From: Laetmonice hystrix | Lineage: Eukaryota | Reading direction: 5' to 3' | NCBI GenBank assembly: GCA_965235115.1 | Contig: OZ249445.1 | Coordinates: forward strand, 7,874,001 to 7,938,000 | Length of the DNA: 64,000 nucleotides | Part shown: piece by piece, positions 1 through 12,600 of the stretch | How the letters are laid out: each line of letters starts with the position of its first letter | Position numbering within the stretch: the stretch's first letter is position 1 | The notes under the pieces: model-generated | What the model saw: only the letters and a program-made list of their open reading frames with translations | Told to the model about the DNA's origin: nothing | The model's database searches: none | Made by a program: the position numbers and the translations under genes

Positions 1-83
1 AACAGGGTATGGTGCACGGGGAACAGGGTATGGTGCACGGAGAACAGGGTATGGTGGACGGGGAACAGGGTATGGTGCACGGG
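1..83. repeat. 21-bp minisatellite (AACAGGGTATGGTGCACGGGG), about 4 copies, probably truncated by the window edge
   Basis: Units start at 1, 22, 43 and 64 with 0-1 substitutions each. Confidence 0.95.
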
Positions 84-119
84 CATTAGCCATGGGTAAT
101 TTCGAAAATTAGACCTTAC

Positions 120-591
120 TTGGCGACCTTCTTCAAATGCAGAGCGTGTATTTCCAGGTTGCCCTCTCCAATAGAATGTCTAAATACGTGCATTATATGA
201 GAGCCCGTAGCTTGTCCTGCATTATCGATGGCCCAGGGCCCGTTTATCACTACATTATATGATGGGATTGATGGGATAAAAGACAATGAGACGGGATATG
301 GTCTCTCAAATAGAAAGGTACACGCGAGAGGTTGTCGTTTCAAATAATCATTGTATTGCCTGGCGAGAGTACCATAGAATAATGAAGATGCATACATATA
401 AGTGAGAAATGAGACAGATCCTGTATTATTGTTCGCTTTCCCATCATTAGCAGGGGTGTGATCTATTGTGAGGTTTCCACTGGCAATGTCTTTCTCAGTA
501 TAGCTGTGTGTGCCCAACTTAGGAGTGTAGAAATTGGACGGAACACTTCTGAAGAACTTATCCAGATTCGTCAACCTTTTAATATTATCAA
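120..591 (-). CDS. Probable internal coding exon (about 157 codons) of an unidentified protein
   Basis: The frame is open from about 591 to 120 in AT-rich DNA, with protein-like composition (1 Cys, few Arg, rich in N/Y/T/G). It ends at a good donor, GCC AA|GTAAGG (phase 2), which overlaps the apparent TAA. Candidate acceptors are ...ttcttacgctag| (exon start 591, phase 1) or ...attaaaag| (start 575, phase 2). No family recognised. Confidence 0.55.
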
Positions 592-3500
592 CTAGCGTAA
601 AGAATTATGCATGATATAAATAAAATATTGATAACGTGATACAAAATCTTAAAACGACAATCAATCATGTAATACTGGTAATGACATTTTTCCTATCTCC
701 GCTATACCAACGTACGAGTTGTATATTTGAACGAATCTACCTTCATTATCCTGTTTATACTCATACATAGTTCATACATTCTACACAAAATCGTTTAAAT
801 CTTTGCTCAGGTTTATGCCCTTCCGGCTGTCCACGACGGGGCCCCTGCAGTATCCGCCTGGAGGCCCCTTGTCAGAGCTGAGGGGGCTTGTTAGGAGAGA
901 GCGTTATCATCGCCGGCGGGTTCGTCATGCTAGTAAATAATATATTCCACTTCAAGCCAAACAGTGTCAAACACCAAAAGGACCCACTGTATGGCGCTGT
1001 TCTCTTGGTGGCTCTGAGGTAGATTTCTATAGGCCTGGTATCTTCAAAGATTCCTGCTAAATATGAGAGGTAGGAATGACAGATGGGTGTTGGGGTGAGC
1101 GGGGTTGATGGGAGGGTGCGTGCCGAATGAGCCGCCCCATTGGCTCTCTGACACCGGAGGGTCTCGCCTCGCGCTCTCTGATATTAGGACGCCTCCCAGG
1201 TCATCTGACCACCGCTTCCGCCAGACGTCCGACTAACGCGCACACTAAAACCGCAATTTATGTCTTGACAACGAAATTCAATGAAGCCAAAAAGGATGCC
1301 TCGCAGTGGGCCGTTCCCCTGATCTCATTCGCTGTAAGTGCAAGCAGGCCTGCTATCCAGTTTAACATTGATCCGGCGTGCCAATAGAATGATTCCGGTT
1401 TCCGGATATTTCTCGGCGCGTGTTTGTGATGACTGGTGAGCGAAAGGCGACCTTTTGATATGTTGGTTCAACTCGTACAAATGTTGGGATGTTCGCCACG
1501 CTCATGGAACGACCATGATCTCCTACGACTGATAGTCATTCCACCCCCGTCAGATCGAGGATTCGCTGTAATAGCGGGTCGTGGGCTACAAATCTACCCG
1601 ATGTACGGGCGTCAACACGCCACCATTGATGGCTTGAAGAAACTGATTCAAGTGTTGGTCAGTGAATAGAGCAATGTGACCTCCTCTACAAGGTCACCAC
1701 ACTCTTGTTGAGGTCAAGCCTATAAGTTGTTCTCATTGATATCATTGAGTCGTTGTTGCTCACCCATTTCTGTCACAATTTCAGATCTCTCTTTCAATTG
1801 AGGTCTTCTAATGCCATGCTATATTTCCTCCCCATCTTCCCGCCTTTTATAACGGATTAATCCACGCTTGCCTGTATCATGATCTTCTGTTATGCAAACC
1901 TAACCATTCCTCATCCCAGGAAACCTGACACACACAAAAAGGGGGAATCAGCACCAGGCTGATGGTGTGAAATCTTAACCTGCTAATAGTTTTCGTCGCC
2001 CGGTCGGGGGGTGCAGCAAGAGACGGGCGTGAGAGGTATTGTGACCTATGCGGCGGTACCGCCTCCAGGACGGCAGCAAGTGCCTGGAGGCTTGGCGTGG
2101 AGGAGTCAAACCTGTGTAAGGCGGTCGCCATAAATCAGTTATTTAGGCTGGGAATAGTCGCCCAGGCCAGCGGCCACTGCTGGCGGCCTCAGGGTGCAGT
2201 TTTCACGACATGCCGGAAGTAGGCTTTCCGGCAGCGTCGATCACATGGCCAGCACTGTCCACGGGCAACTGTTACGTCCCTGGCCAATACGTATCATTTA
2301 CGACCTCACTGCTTCGTCAAAACGAACAACGCACACGGATTGTGACCTGGCTCAATACTGCTGCCGTCTTCAGTCAGATATTTGATAACCCTTGATATGT
2401 TATATCGCTAAACTGATAAAATTGTTCGAGAATGCAGGATCGAGCTGCAGTTGCATAGAAACTTCTTCAATTCCTTCTCGGTTTCCAACTGTCGGCCTCG
2501 CCTTAGAGTTCGACCTGTGGTGCATTATACCTTTCATAGGAAATAAATATAATTTAGGTAACCGATAAGTTCTAGAGATTAAGATGCCCTCGCCATTACA
2601 CCGAGCTCAAAGGTATAATTAGAGAAATCTATACCAAGTGGATCCCTGGACAAGAGCGAGCTGAAAGATCCGGTGGGTTTTCACAAATATTACAGCGCCT
2701 CGATCATACACCGACAGCTCTCACAGCTCGATCTGAGCAGACGTAGAAACGTGATGTCAGCTCTTGCCACAAAGGACGCCATGAAATGATTCTTCATGAA
2801 GTGCACGCCATTTTCTTTGTGACATGAACGTAAACACCCGCTTTGCTGTGTTATCCCGCCGCATGCATGTTCTAAACCCAAATGAACCCCCTTTCTAAAA
2901 AAAATAATAGCCGCAGCCCCGCGTTCTCTATGCGACAGGTTTTTTCAACCCCAATTAGGGCTCAGTGTTGGCCATGCGTCTTTCGGGAGATTTGATAGTT
3001 ACGCTGGCAGGTGGTGTCGTAGCCAACCACCCCATGTTCCCCACGCCGCCCGGGTAAGGGATCATGTGGGGAGCAAACCGGCGCCGACACCTAGCTTTCT
3101 AATTGGTCCAGTGTTGATTGATCCAGCCGCCATGAGAGGAGGTAATTGGGTTGCCGCCAGCACCCCTCTGGCCTGGGTCCGCTAGGGGCGCTCTAATCGC
3201 CCTAACAAGCTACATATGTGCGCCTCCAACAGGAGCGGAACGTGAGCTGTGCGGAGGCGGGTTATCCTGGCGCCCCGGCCGGTATCAGGTCCACGAGTTC
3301 CCGGTATACGGCACCCATCATCAGCCCCGGTCAGCACCCAATGATCGACCGACGTTACATCCCGCCTCACAATGCTGTCCGCATCCCGGGAGTCGGCTTG
3401 TACACAATGTACGGATCATGTCGGATCCGCCCGATAATACCGGCAGATCTCGGCCCCCTGATAGCGGCAACCTGGCTCAAATGACTTGGCCGGACGTCCG

Positions 3501-3592
3501 CAGTAAATGCGTAAATCTCGGCCTCGGGTCAGAACGGCGCCGTGACTATTGTAAGGGACTTTTCACTGAGACTTTCACGTAGATCCAGGCAT

Positions 3593-3860
3593 TTCCCTGA
3601 CCACGCCCACCCACGGAGTGAATTCCCTGGCCACGCCCACCCACGGAGTGAATTCCCTGGCCACGCCCACCCACGGAGTGAATTCCCTGGCCACGCCCAC
3701 CCACGGAGTGAATTTCCTGGCCACGCCCACCCACGGAGTGAATTTCCTGGCCACGCCCACCCACGAAGTGAATTCCCTGGCCACGCCCACCCACGGATTG
3801 AATTCCATGGCCACGCCCACCCACGGAGTGCATTCCCTGGCCACGCCCACACACGGAGTG
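3593..3860. repeat. 30-bp GC-rich minisatellite (CCACGCCCACCCACGGAGTGAATTCCCTGG), about 9 copies
   Basis: Units start at 3601, 3631 ... 3841. The array explains the overlapping repetitive ORFs at 3529-3962. Confidence 0.97.
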
Positions 3861-4756
3861 ACCTTCCGTGAAAACTTGTCAATTATCAATGAAATAGTTT
3901 CGTATCACCTTGTTATTATTGGAGGACATAGTGTTCACTCTGGTGATAATGTTAGTCTCTAAACAAGAAATGTAGAGAATTAACCAGAAATCCCGGCAGG
4001 TGGATACAACTATAAGTGAACCCCTCCATATCATGCACTACGACATACTGAACATCAAACATCAAGCGCGATTATTTCCTTGGATCGGTGCCGCTTTCTA
4101 GCAAAATGCGCAGAACGTACATGAAGATGCGCTCATCATAGATATATCCCCCCTACCAAGGAACCTAACGTAAGCTCTAAATAATACATTCACTACGTTC
4201 CAAGCACATTTACTATTTGACCTATATACACGCCGCCTTAGCCATCTTCCCGAGAAAGCACTCTGGAGTTTTTCAGTGTTCCCATTTTCCCTCTGACTGA
4301 AGTAATGTAGAAGGATAGGCGTACGAGGTAGGAAGTCTGGAGGCAGCGGTTCCTTCCCAGTCTGAGTGGCATGGAAATTCAGGCCATGACATCTTTTATT
4401 CAGTAAAAGCACATTACGACGTCAATTCGGACGTTTGGGGCGTACAGCTGCCTGAGAAACTCTCAACATTATCATATTTTGACTTTTGCTGACAGCCAGA
4501 CCATACAATATTTTTAGAAAAATCTACTTCTAGAGGACGTTGTCTAAACGTTTTTGTTTCTGTTCATTAGTGTTGCTCCTTTATTTATTTTCATATAATA
4601 GTAACTGTTCCTAAAGAGCCTCTGTGATTTTACAGCGAAATCGGTTCGTCATTGTCTGACGTTATGTAGGCCATTCGAGACCAACCGAGACGCATGAATA
4701 AAAAGTAGATCAAAAATAAATCTTCTTTATCCTTTGTTATAAGATTTGTGCATCGC

Positions 4757-4997
4757 TATTTCCATATACTACTAGAGGTTCTCAACATAAATTACCATTT
4801 CCATATACTACTAGCGGTTCCTGTTTCTAAAATATCATTTCCATATACTACTAGCGGTTCCTGTTTCTAAAATACCATTTCCTTATACTACTAGGGGTTC
4901 CTGTTTCTAAAATACCATTTTCATATACTACTAACGGTTCCTGTTTCTAAAATACCATTTCCATATACTACTAGCGGTTCCTGTTTCTAAAATTCCA
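4757..4997. repeat. 40-bp minisatellite (CCATATACTACTAGCGGTTCCTGTTTCTAAAATACCATTT), about 6 copies
   Basis: Period 40 (units at 4801, 4841, 4881, 4921, 4961); the first unit is degenerate. Confidence 0.93.
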
Positions 4998-5943
4998 TGT
5001 ACTACTAACGGCTCTTGAAGTATCATTTCCATATATGAACGGTTGTTAATTGCTGCTCTTAATGCATCATTTTTAGCACTTACCCCAGTTAAAGATAAAG
5101 AACGAAATGTGCAGTGTTTTGGCCGGAATAATCTGACATTGGCTGTGTCAAATAAAGAGAGGTTAAAGCGACCCTCTCTACAGTGAGCGCCAAATGTAGG
5201 CTAAGACTCGCAGCAGGATTGGATCTAAGCATGCGCACTACCTGTACATAGGTTGCAGTAGAACTAGACTATAGACCATAATGATTGATATAAAGAGGAA
5301 GCATTTACACTGAGGTAGCATCCTGTCCAGTGTCCACTGCCCTTTACTGACACGACTGACCTCTCTATCTAACAAGGCAGAGCAATTCCCCATCACAGCC
5401 ACACTGACGATACCAATAAATAGCAAACAGTTGTCTTTGATGTTAGTTCCGCTCTCAGCCACTAGCCGTCTGTCCACCAAGCAGATTACCCCACAGAACC
5501 TCTCTGGTGAGCAGTGGCTGATCCTCACTATACAAATCTTGTCAGGGACGGCATTAGATAAACCCCTGGTATCAAACACGAAATCTGATAAGCGGATAAC
5601 GAGATGAGGGATAAGGTGCCGATGCAGGCATCGTTTCCGCACCCGTTCCGCTCCTGAAACTTGCCGGCTAGGTATGCGGGTGGAGGTTGGGGTGTGGGTG
5701 TGGGTGGGTTGGGGTGGGGGTGGGGGTAGAAGGAGTAGAGACCGGTGGACGAGGAGTGCGACAGGCGAGACGTTTATAGGAAATGGCATCGAAAAGGTAA
5801 AGATATCAATGTTTGGGAAAAGAATATTAAAAGTATTTTAGCCTAAGACAGTCAGTGAGTGATAATAGGGCGATGAGCCCTATAAATAAATGCAACCACA
5901 TGACAATATTGACGAACTGCTGTGACCTCAGAATTTAGCGCAG

Positions 5944-6215
5944 AGGAGAGGAGGGTGGAGGGAGGAGGGAGATGGACAGGATGGGGGAGTGGGGATGGGG
6001 AGGAGGGTGGAGTCAGGAGGGAGGTGGACAGGAAGGAGGAGGGGGGAGGAGGGAGGAGGGAGATGGCCAGGAAGAACGAGGAGGGAGGGGATGGAGAGGA
6101 GAGAGGGAGATGGCCAGGAAGGAGAGAGGAGGGTGGAAGGAGAAGGGAGGAGGGAGATGGACAGGAAGGAGGGAGGGAGGGAGGAGATGGGGAGGAGGGA
6201 AGAGTGTGAAGGGTG
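5944..6215. repeat. Polypurine (GGA-rich) low-complexity tract with a degenerate period of about 47 bp
   Basis: Almost all G/A on the + strand. GGGAGATGG(A/C)CAGG recurs at 5967, 6058, 6105 and 6152. Confidence 0.85.
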
Positions 6216-7628
6216 ATGGGGAGAACACTCGCTTTCAATGGACCCGCATCCAGCACGGTCATCGTTCAACTTTCCACCGACGCCTTACGTTATCGATGAC
6301 CGGCAAAAACGCATGGTCAACAAAATAAATGAGCGCATTAAAATGCGACCGCATAAATCCGGCACTATAGGGGCAGCTGTTTTGTCTGGCACCTATTATG
6401 TTTGGGGAAAGACATTCTTATCGTTGTTCTTTGTCATTGACAGCCAAGATCGAGATTTATACCCCCAAACCGAAAGAAGGAACGTCCTCCACCTGACTTC
6501 ACTAACACCGCCTGGCGGCGAGGGCCACCTGTTTTAGTTAGGCTCATTTCCCTGCCGCCGTGACAGGCGTATTTTAGCTACGTCTAAATTAATGCATGTC
6601 GAAGAAAGGCTGAGGTAGCAATCATAACCAACACTTGGTATCTCGTCCACCATAACGTGTTGTTTACTGCTACTTAACTATTGTGAAACTACCGCAATAT
6701 GACTATAAAAAATATGTAAGGCACATCCAGAGTACTATTCCCTAGAAATACACAAATTTAATGCAAACAGGTTTTATGAATGCACGCTCAAATGACGTGG
6801 CCCATTTGTTATTTACATATCTCTAGGCCTGTGCCATCCCTTTTGTCCTAGTTATATAGAGATCTTTCACTGCTCATTCCAGTTTATGTTTCACTGTCGC
6901 AAGCCGAGGAGGCCATTGTTAAATTGACCAGCATGGCTAGCCCAGCTTGTTTAAGTGGCCCCGACAGAAGGTGGACTCGGCCGGTGTCCGGTTGGCCCCC
7001 ACGTGATGTAGTCTCGCCATCCTGTCAGTTTCACCGGCGTCTCGTTTCCCTTGCCAACCAATCGACTAATCTCGCGGGATCTCCGTCTTGGACGTGAGTT
7101 TCCCTGACAAGCGCCACTGGCGGGCGTCCGAGACTTAGGACGAGGTCAGTCGCATTCAGGTACGACGGCGACCCCTCAATCAACTCCCAATTTCCGGTCA
7201 TAGGACGGCCATCAATCAGGGCGCGCCTTCCGGGACCACTGCGCACCGCGCTGCGCATGTTGAGTTGGCGACTGACCTGTCTCTATGTGCTGTTGTGTGG
7301 CCCATGCAGGCACCCCATCACATATGACTTTGCCTACGTTGGTAAAGCCCAACAAGGTTCACTATGAATTCTTGATGTCTGAAGGTTAGAAGTGTGGAAA
7401 GTTTATTGGCAGTTAAAGCCGGAACCACCCCAGCCACTTAAAGGTCTCGCACCATCTTATTATAAAGTGCATATATCCATGCACTGACATGTATATTCAC
7501 ATAACTAGAGAATACATTCTGCAATATATTTGTTAATACTTGAATTCAGGATGGGAGTTTACATAGTACTTCTAACTAATTTACTATTAATAATAATTAA
7601 TTTCAACCCTTTTCTATGCACAGGTACG

Positions 7629-7797
7629 CAGTGGCGTACCTAGAAACTGGACCCGGGGGGGGGGGGGGTGCTGGAAATAACCAACGTCGTAGTCTTATTT
7701 TTACGGCTTTTACGAGGCAACAAGTGCACAAACAAACAAAAATTTGGCAAATTGAGGGGGTGCTTGAGCACCCGAAGCACCCCTGGGTACGCCACTG
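7629..7797. mobile_element. MITE / non-autonomous DNA transposon, 169 bp
   Basis: Perfect 12-bp terminal inverted repeats, CAGTGGCGTACC ... GGTACGCCACTG. Internal G-run and GGGTGCTTGAGCACCC palindrome. Flanks GGTACG / GGTACC suggest a 6-bp target duplication with one mismatch. Confidence 0.85.
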
Positions 7798-8856
7798 GGT
7801 ACCTGTGTACACATTTACCACATAGAAGCGTTCGTTTACGACATTACTCCCTTTGGCCCCCAAAATGAATTCTGATTAAATCATGAAATATTTCATCCTA
7901 TATTTTGCTGGGTCACCCTCACCAATACGCGTACATTTTGTCAGAATCGGTTTCAAAGGTAACATCGCTCTATTATGAAAACTCTGCTGGCAGAGATGGA
8001 CTAAACGTTTGAGGTAACTGGGTGCTGGCGCTGAGGTATATTGAAGCCGCATTGTAAACCATTAACCGTTTCAGGTGCTTTGATTGTCGCCTTTAATGTT
8101 TTCTAAGGATTAGAAGTCTTATAACCTCTACAAAAGACCACCTGCATAGGCGAAAAGAGGCGGATCCATTTAAGCTTAAAATCGACTGTGCACTGAACTC
8201 AAGGTACCCAACTGCACTGCCAGTCTTGCGTTCTGCAGTTAAGGACAAACATTTTGAAGGCAGCGCCTGTTCTACGAGGCTCTATCAAAATGATACAAGT
8301 TAGGTCTTGATGAGAAGAATTGACGTTTGGTTAGGAAGCAAGGGAGCCGAAAAGAGGGCGAAGCATAAGCTAACGTACATGAATCTAATACAATGGGCTA
8401 TATTGCACAAGATTGGCGACGGCTGTCGCCGACTAAATCGCCGTTCCGCGACCGTCGCGGATAGATGTTTCGCCGTCTCGCAATGCACCTTGAGTACTTT
8501 GCATCATCACTATATTTTACACTGAAAGAGATTTTAAAAACCGTTTTATTAGACAGAGTATGGTTTAAAAAATAGTTATAGAAATATTTGATACAATGTC
8601 ATGGTAAGATGTCTGGAATTGAATTGGACTTTTTTGGATCATCAGGTGCTCACACCGAATCATACTGAGTTGACACGAACCGCCGTCGCCGTCAAGTGGC
8701 AGAAGTACACCGCCACCACTGGTAAGGCGCTTCCCTCAATAATTCACCAACATCACACAAAGAATGCCACGTCTCTGAAACAGGTCGCCCACCACACAGA
8801 ACCGGCGCACCACCTATCTGTCGATTTCCTCGCGTCTTTTGGGGGGGATTGCTTAC

Positions 8857-9025
8857 CATTGCCCATCCAGATTTAACGTGCACCCACCCTGCCCTGAAAT
8901 ATTCAGATAGCCCCCATTCAGGTGTTCAATATCGAAGCGGCTACCACCCCCAGTCTCGGCATTGATGTGTAGATGACATTTGCTTGATACGACCAAATTC
9001 CCATAACCAATCAACCAGTCCGTCC
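8857..9025 (-). CDS. Candidate coding exon (TDWLIGYGNLVVSSKCHLHINAETGGGSRFDIEHLNGGYLNISGQGGCTLNLDGQW)
   Basis: Strong donor CAA TG|GTAAGC and a moderate acceptor ...gcgacctcag|GG. The translation shows Gly-rich turns with alternating hydrophobic residues, typical of beta strands. No family recognised. Confidence 0.4.
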
Positions 9026-9325
9026 CTGAGGTCGCACCCTCGGGCGAAAATGTCAAACGGCTTTATTTGTTGTATCAATATCACCCAACTTTCTTCTTGG
9101 CCTTTCCCCTAACATTAGGTGTATCGGCCGAGCGGCCAGCACAAAGGTCGAGCACCAGATGTAGCTCGTCTTGTGACGCCATACAGCTTTGTAAGGAGCC
9201 TCGCCAAGTAAAGCCCTTGACGCCGTATGTCAATCACTAACGCCCTTAGCGGCGTTTGACCGATGTAACGCCTTTGGCACAGTCTGACGGCTGCCATGCC
9301 CTCATCGTCTTGTGACTGATGGAAG

Positions 9326-9688
9326 GCCCTCAGCGCCTTGTGCCTATAAAGGTCTCAGCGCCTTCTGCCGCGGTAAAGGTCTTGTACCGGTGTAAGGCCC
9401 GGTGTAAGGCCCTCAGCCCCTTGTGCCGCTGCAAGGCCCTCAGCCACTTGTGCCGCTGTAAGCCTAGGCCCTCAGCACCTTGTGCCACTGTAAGGCCCTC
9501 AGCACCTTGTGCCGCTGTAAGGCCCTCAGCACCTTGTGCCGCTGTAAGGCCTCAGCACCTTGCGCCGCTGTAAGGCCCTCAGCACCTTGTGCCGCTGTCA
9601 GGCCCTCAGCGCCTTGTGCCACTGTAAGGCCCTCAGCACCTTGTGCCGCTGTCAGGCCCTCAGCACCTTGTGCCACTGTAAGGCCCTT
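9326..9688. repeat. 27-bp minisatellite (GCCCTCAGCACCTTGTGCCGCTGTAAG), about 12-13 copies, degenerate at the left end
   Basis: The 27-nt period shows as 9-aa repeats (AAVRPSAPC / AQGAEGLTA) in the ORF track. Confidence 0.95.
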
Positions 9689-12600
9689 AGCGTCTCGTTT
9701 CCACTGCAGCGCCCTTAGCTCGTGTGACCCTCCTCCTCGGTGCAGACCGGTATAGCTCGCTGCCCCACTTCCCAACCGTCTCCATGGAATTGATTTTACC
9801 CACACTATATATTGATCATCTTATTTTTTAAAGCTGCAATAAGAAAAGAAATTACTCTATCTACATTTAACCTTCGTATAAGAAAGGCGAAGGAATCGGA
9901 GATGCTTTTATGAAGTACAAGTATTTCATTACAACCGCATTGTCAGAGATTGTCAAAAGATGGTACGTTGATGCATGTGATGTTGACTATTGACTCTGAT
10001 GTTTTCATGAGAAGACCAGAGTCAATTAATAACAAAACCATCTGAAGAAATAAAAACCGAAAGGCAAACACATCGGTCAATGCGATTATAGAAAGATTGG
10101 TCTTTTCTTCTTCCTCCCTCCTTGAATGATACTGAGAGTGTCATAACGATATTATCACGCGGAGTGAGGGTAATTATTATTTAATTTGATAAGCCAAGCT
10201 TAATTAGGTCTGCATCCAAGTAGATTACGACCATATTACTAAACAGATGATATCAATGTGATAAAGATTGATCTTTTTCTAAAGCCTTTCTTTCTGTTTC
10301 ACGCATGAAATTAATGAATCTTGATACTTTTCCTCGCCGTAAAAACATGACTGGACCCCCACAAGATATTCTGCTCATACTATACCTACCTCACTACAAA
10401 CATTCATAGGCCTGCCCACATACATACTCTATAATTTTGCGCTAAAACTATAAAAATTGTTATTCTCACACATGTATATACAAAGACCTGCATTTACGCA
10501 TTTTACATATGATCTAATACATCATGTATCTCTATACGTACCCAGTGCCAACGGTGGGCCTACATACCCACTCCCTGTACGCCTTGCACCAGTTTAAAAA
10601 AAAAGGTCTGAGACCTTCAAGGCGGCCCGGACCTTGAGATGGCCATAGTCCACTCGGTATTGGCGGCGTGACAGCACATTCTGTCTTGGAGACGCCGCCT
10701 TCAGCGCGTAGAATGAAGACCCCGTTACAGAGTCCCACGCAGAATGACCAAGTCCCTATCGTCGTTTCAGCCCAGATGCATTTGGTGCGAGTCTGGTCAC
10801 TAAGAATGAAAGCTGCTATTTGTCTGTGGAGCCACAACTACCGCCAGGGTGACACGGGTCCTGCCTCCTGTGGATGTAGTACAGAGGATTTCTCTCCAGA
10901 GTGAAATTACTAAACGTAGAACGTGACTCGGTAACTGGAGAAGGCTCTACGTATAGATCATACCGGTCGACCTACAGCAGTCATACACGGACCGCCCTGT
11001 CAACTTACTGACAGTATTCTTGAAAGGAATTAAAGATAATGAAACTTCAGCTCAACCTGGCATTCAGTATACAACAATGGACATCAGCGACGACTTGTAC
11101 AGTTAGAGGCTGGCTTCCTCACACAGATCAATATAAGTAGGTAACATTCACCGCACTTGAAACTGCTAGAATAACACGAATGGTTTAGTTTTGGAATCGA
11201 GCTTATCGTTAAATATAAGTTGGAGTAAGTTACCATCACCATGGACATCCAATAGTTGTGTGAGAATAATTCATATAAAATTCTTTACCATGAGGGAAGG
11301 TAACATTGTTGAACATTGCACAGTCAACGCGGCAAGATCTTATGACGAAATGATGATGATTTGTATTCTATATATCTAGTCCTTTTATTATTCAGGTAGG
11401 GTAGTGGAATGGCCACATATGAGATAACGTGACCAGTACACATTATATATATATGATGCAGAAAAGTTGGTGACACAATATTCATGGGAGAAATGATGGG
11501 GTTCCTCCACTGAATTTCCCTAGCGGAACTGAAAAAGATAAGACGTCATATTACCTCCTTTCATAGCCAATCGTTTGGTTAAACACAGACCCAGCTAATT
11601 TTCCGAAATACACGCGTTAACGATCGGTGGTCTGGGGAGAAGTAGATGTACCAATACCATCAGGAAACATTAAAACACTTTCTGCAGTATAATCAAATAA
11701 GGGCACGCAGTAATCAGAGAAAGTGTAAGAACAATTGGAAGTAGTGATTATCCCAGGCTACGATTCACACACAGGACTGTCAAGCCTGTCAATTAAATAG
11801 GAATGCCTTTGGTGCCTTAGAGTCGGTAAACTAATTTCACGCGGTGACTACCCTATTCTGTGTTTTATTAAACCAACCCCCGGGGGTACGCCTTTCACTA
11901 ATGTTAACGTTCTGATAAATCAGACATTGGAGCACTCAATACGCCGTGTGGAGGCTGCTCCTTGGTTATTTAAGGAAGGGCAGTGGTTCCTTAGTTCGTT
12001 ACCTGCTACACCCTGACGAGTAGGTGAGACAATCGAAGACCCATTTCTTAGCTACCATATCGGCGTTCCTGATATCACCAATCCGCCCGGTCTGCACGCT
12101 CAGCCGCCAGCTTTCACAGTGTGTGAAATCCTTTTTCGTGCTCCGAAAATCGCAGTAATTATTATTTAATTACCCGTCGATGAGCAGGTTGCCTCAGTAT
12201 TTAGCAACGCGGCATTTCAATCACAGTCTTTATGTACTGTAATAGAAACATGAAGTAGTTTCAACAGGAATGTTTAACGTAAATGGAATGCAACACGTTT
12301 GTAGTCTGAAACTATTAATTTACACTCTATTCCCAGTTGAATACATTGAGCCAGATCGGATATTCCATGAACCCCTCTCTCGTATGATAATCTTATATTA
12401 ACTGTGGTGAGATTGTGATTTTGACTGGACAAAAAACGGTTAATTAGATGTAACTCTGAATACTGGTGCATATAATGACCATAAGATCGCGCCAAAAACA
12501 ATATGTCGATGACGCTTTGCTGTTAAGAATGTTTTTCCGGAATCCATAATAATTAATTGTACAGGACAACGAAGTACCGGATAAAAATGATATCCAATCG

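Noticed and set aside
3529-3962. His/Pro- or Trp-rich repeat ORFs
   Set aside because: All frames derive from a 30-bp minisatellite.
5852-6328. Pro/Ser- or Gly/Glu/Arg-rich ORFs
   Set aside because: Polypurine low-complexity tract.
9319-9805. Cys-rich (metallothionein- or keratin-like) ORFs
   Set aside because: They are translations of the 27-bp tandem array.
10532-10837. Other minus-strand ORFs as exons (this one, 16207-16479, 18602-18750, 44844-45083)
   Set aside because: Peptides are unrecognised and at most one good splice site each; within chance expectation for 64 kb.
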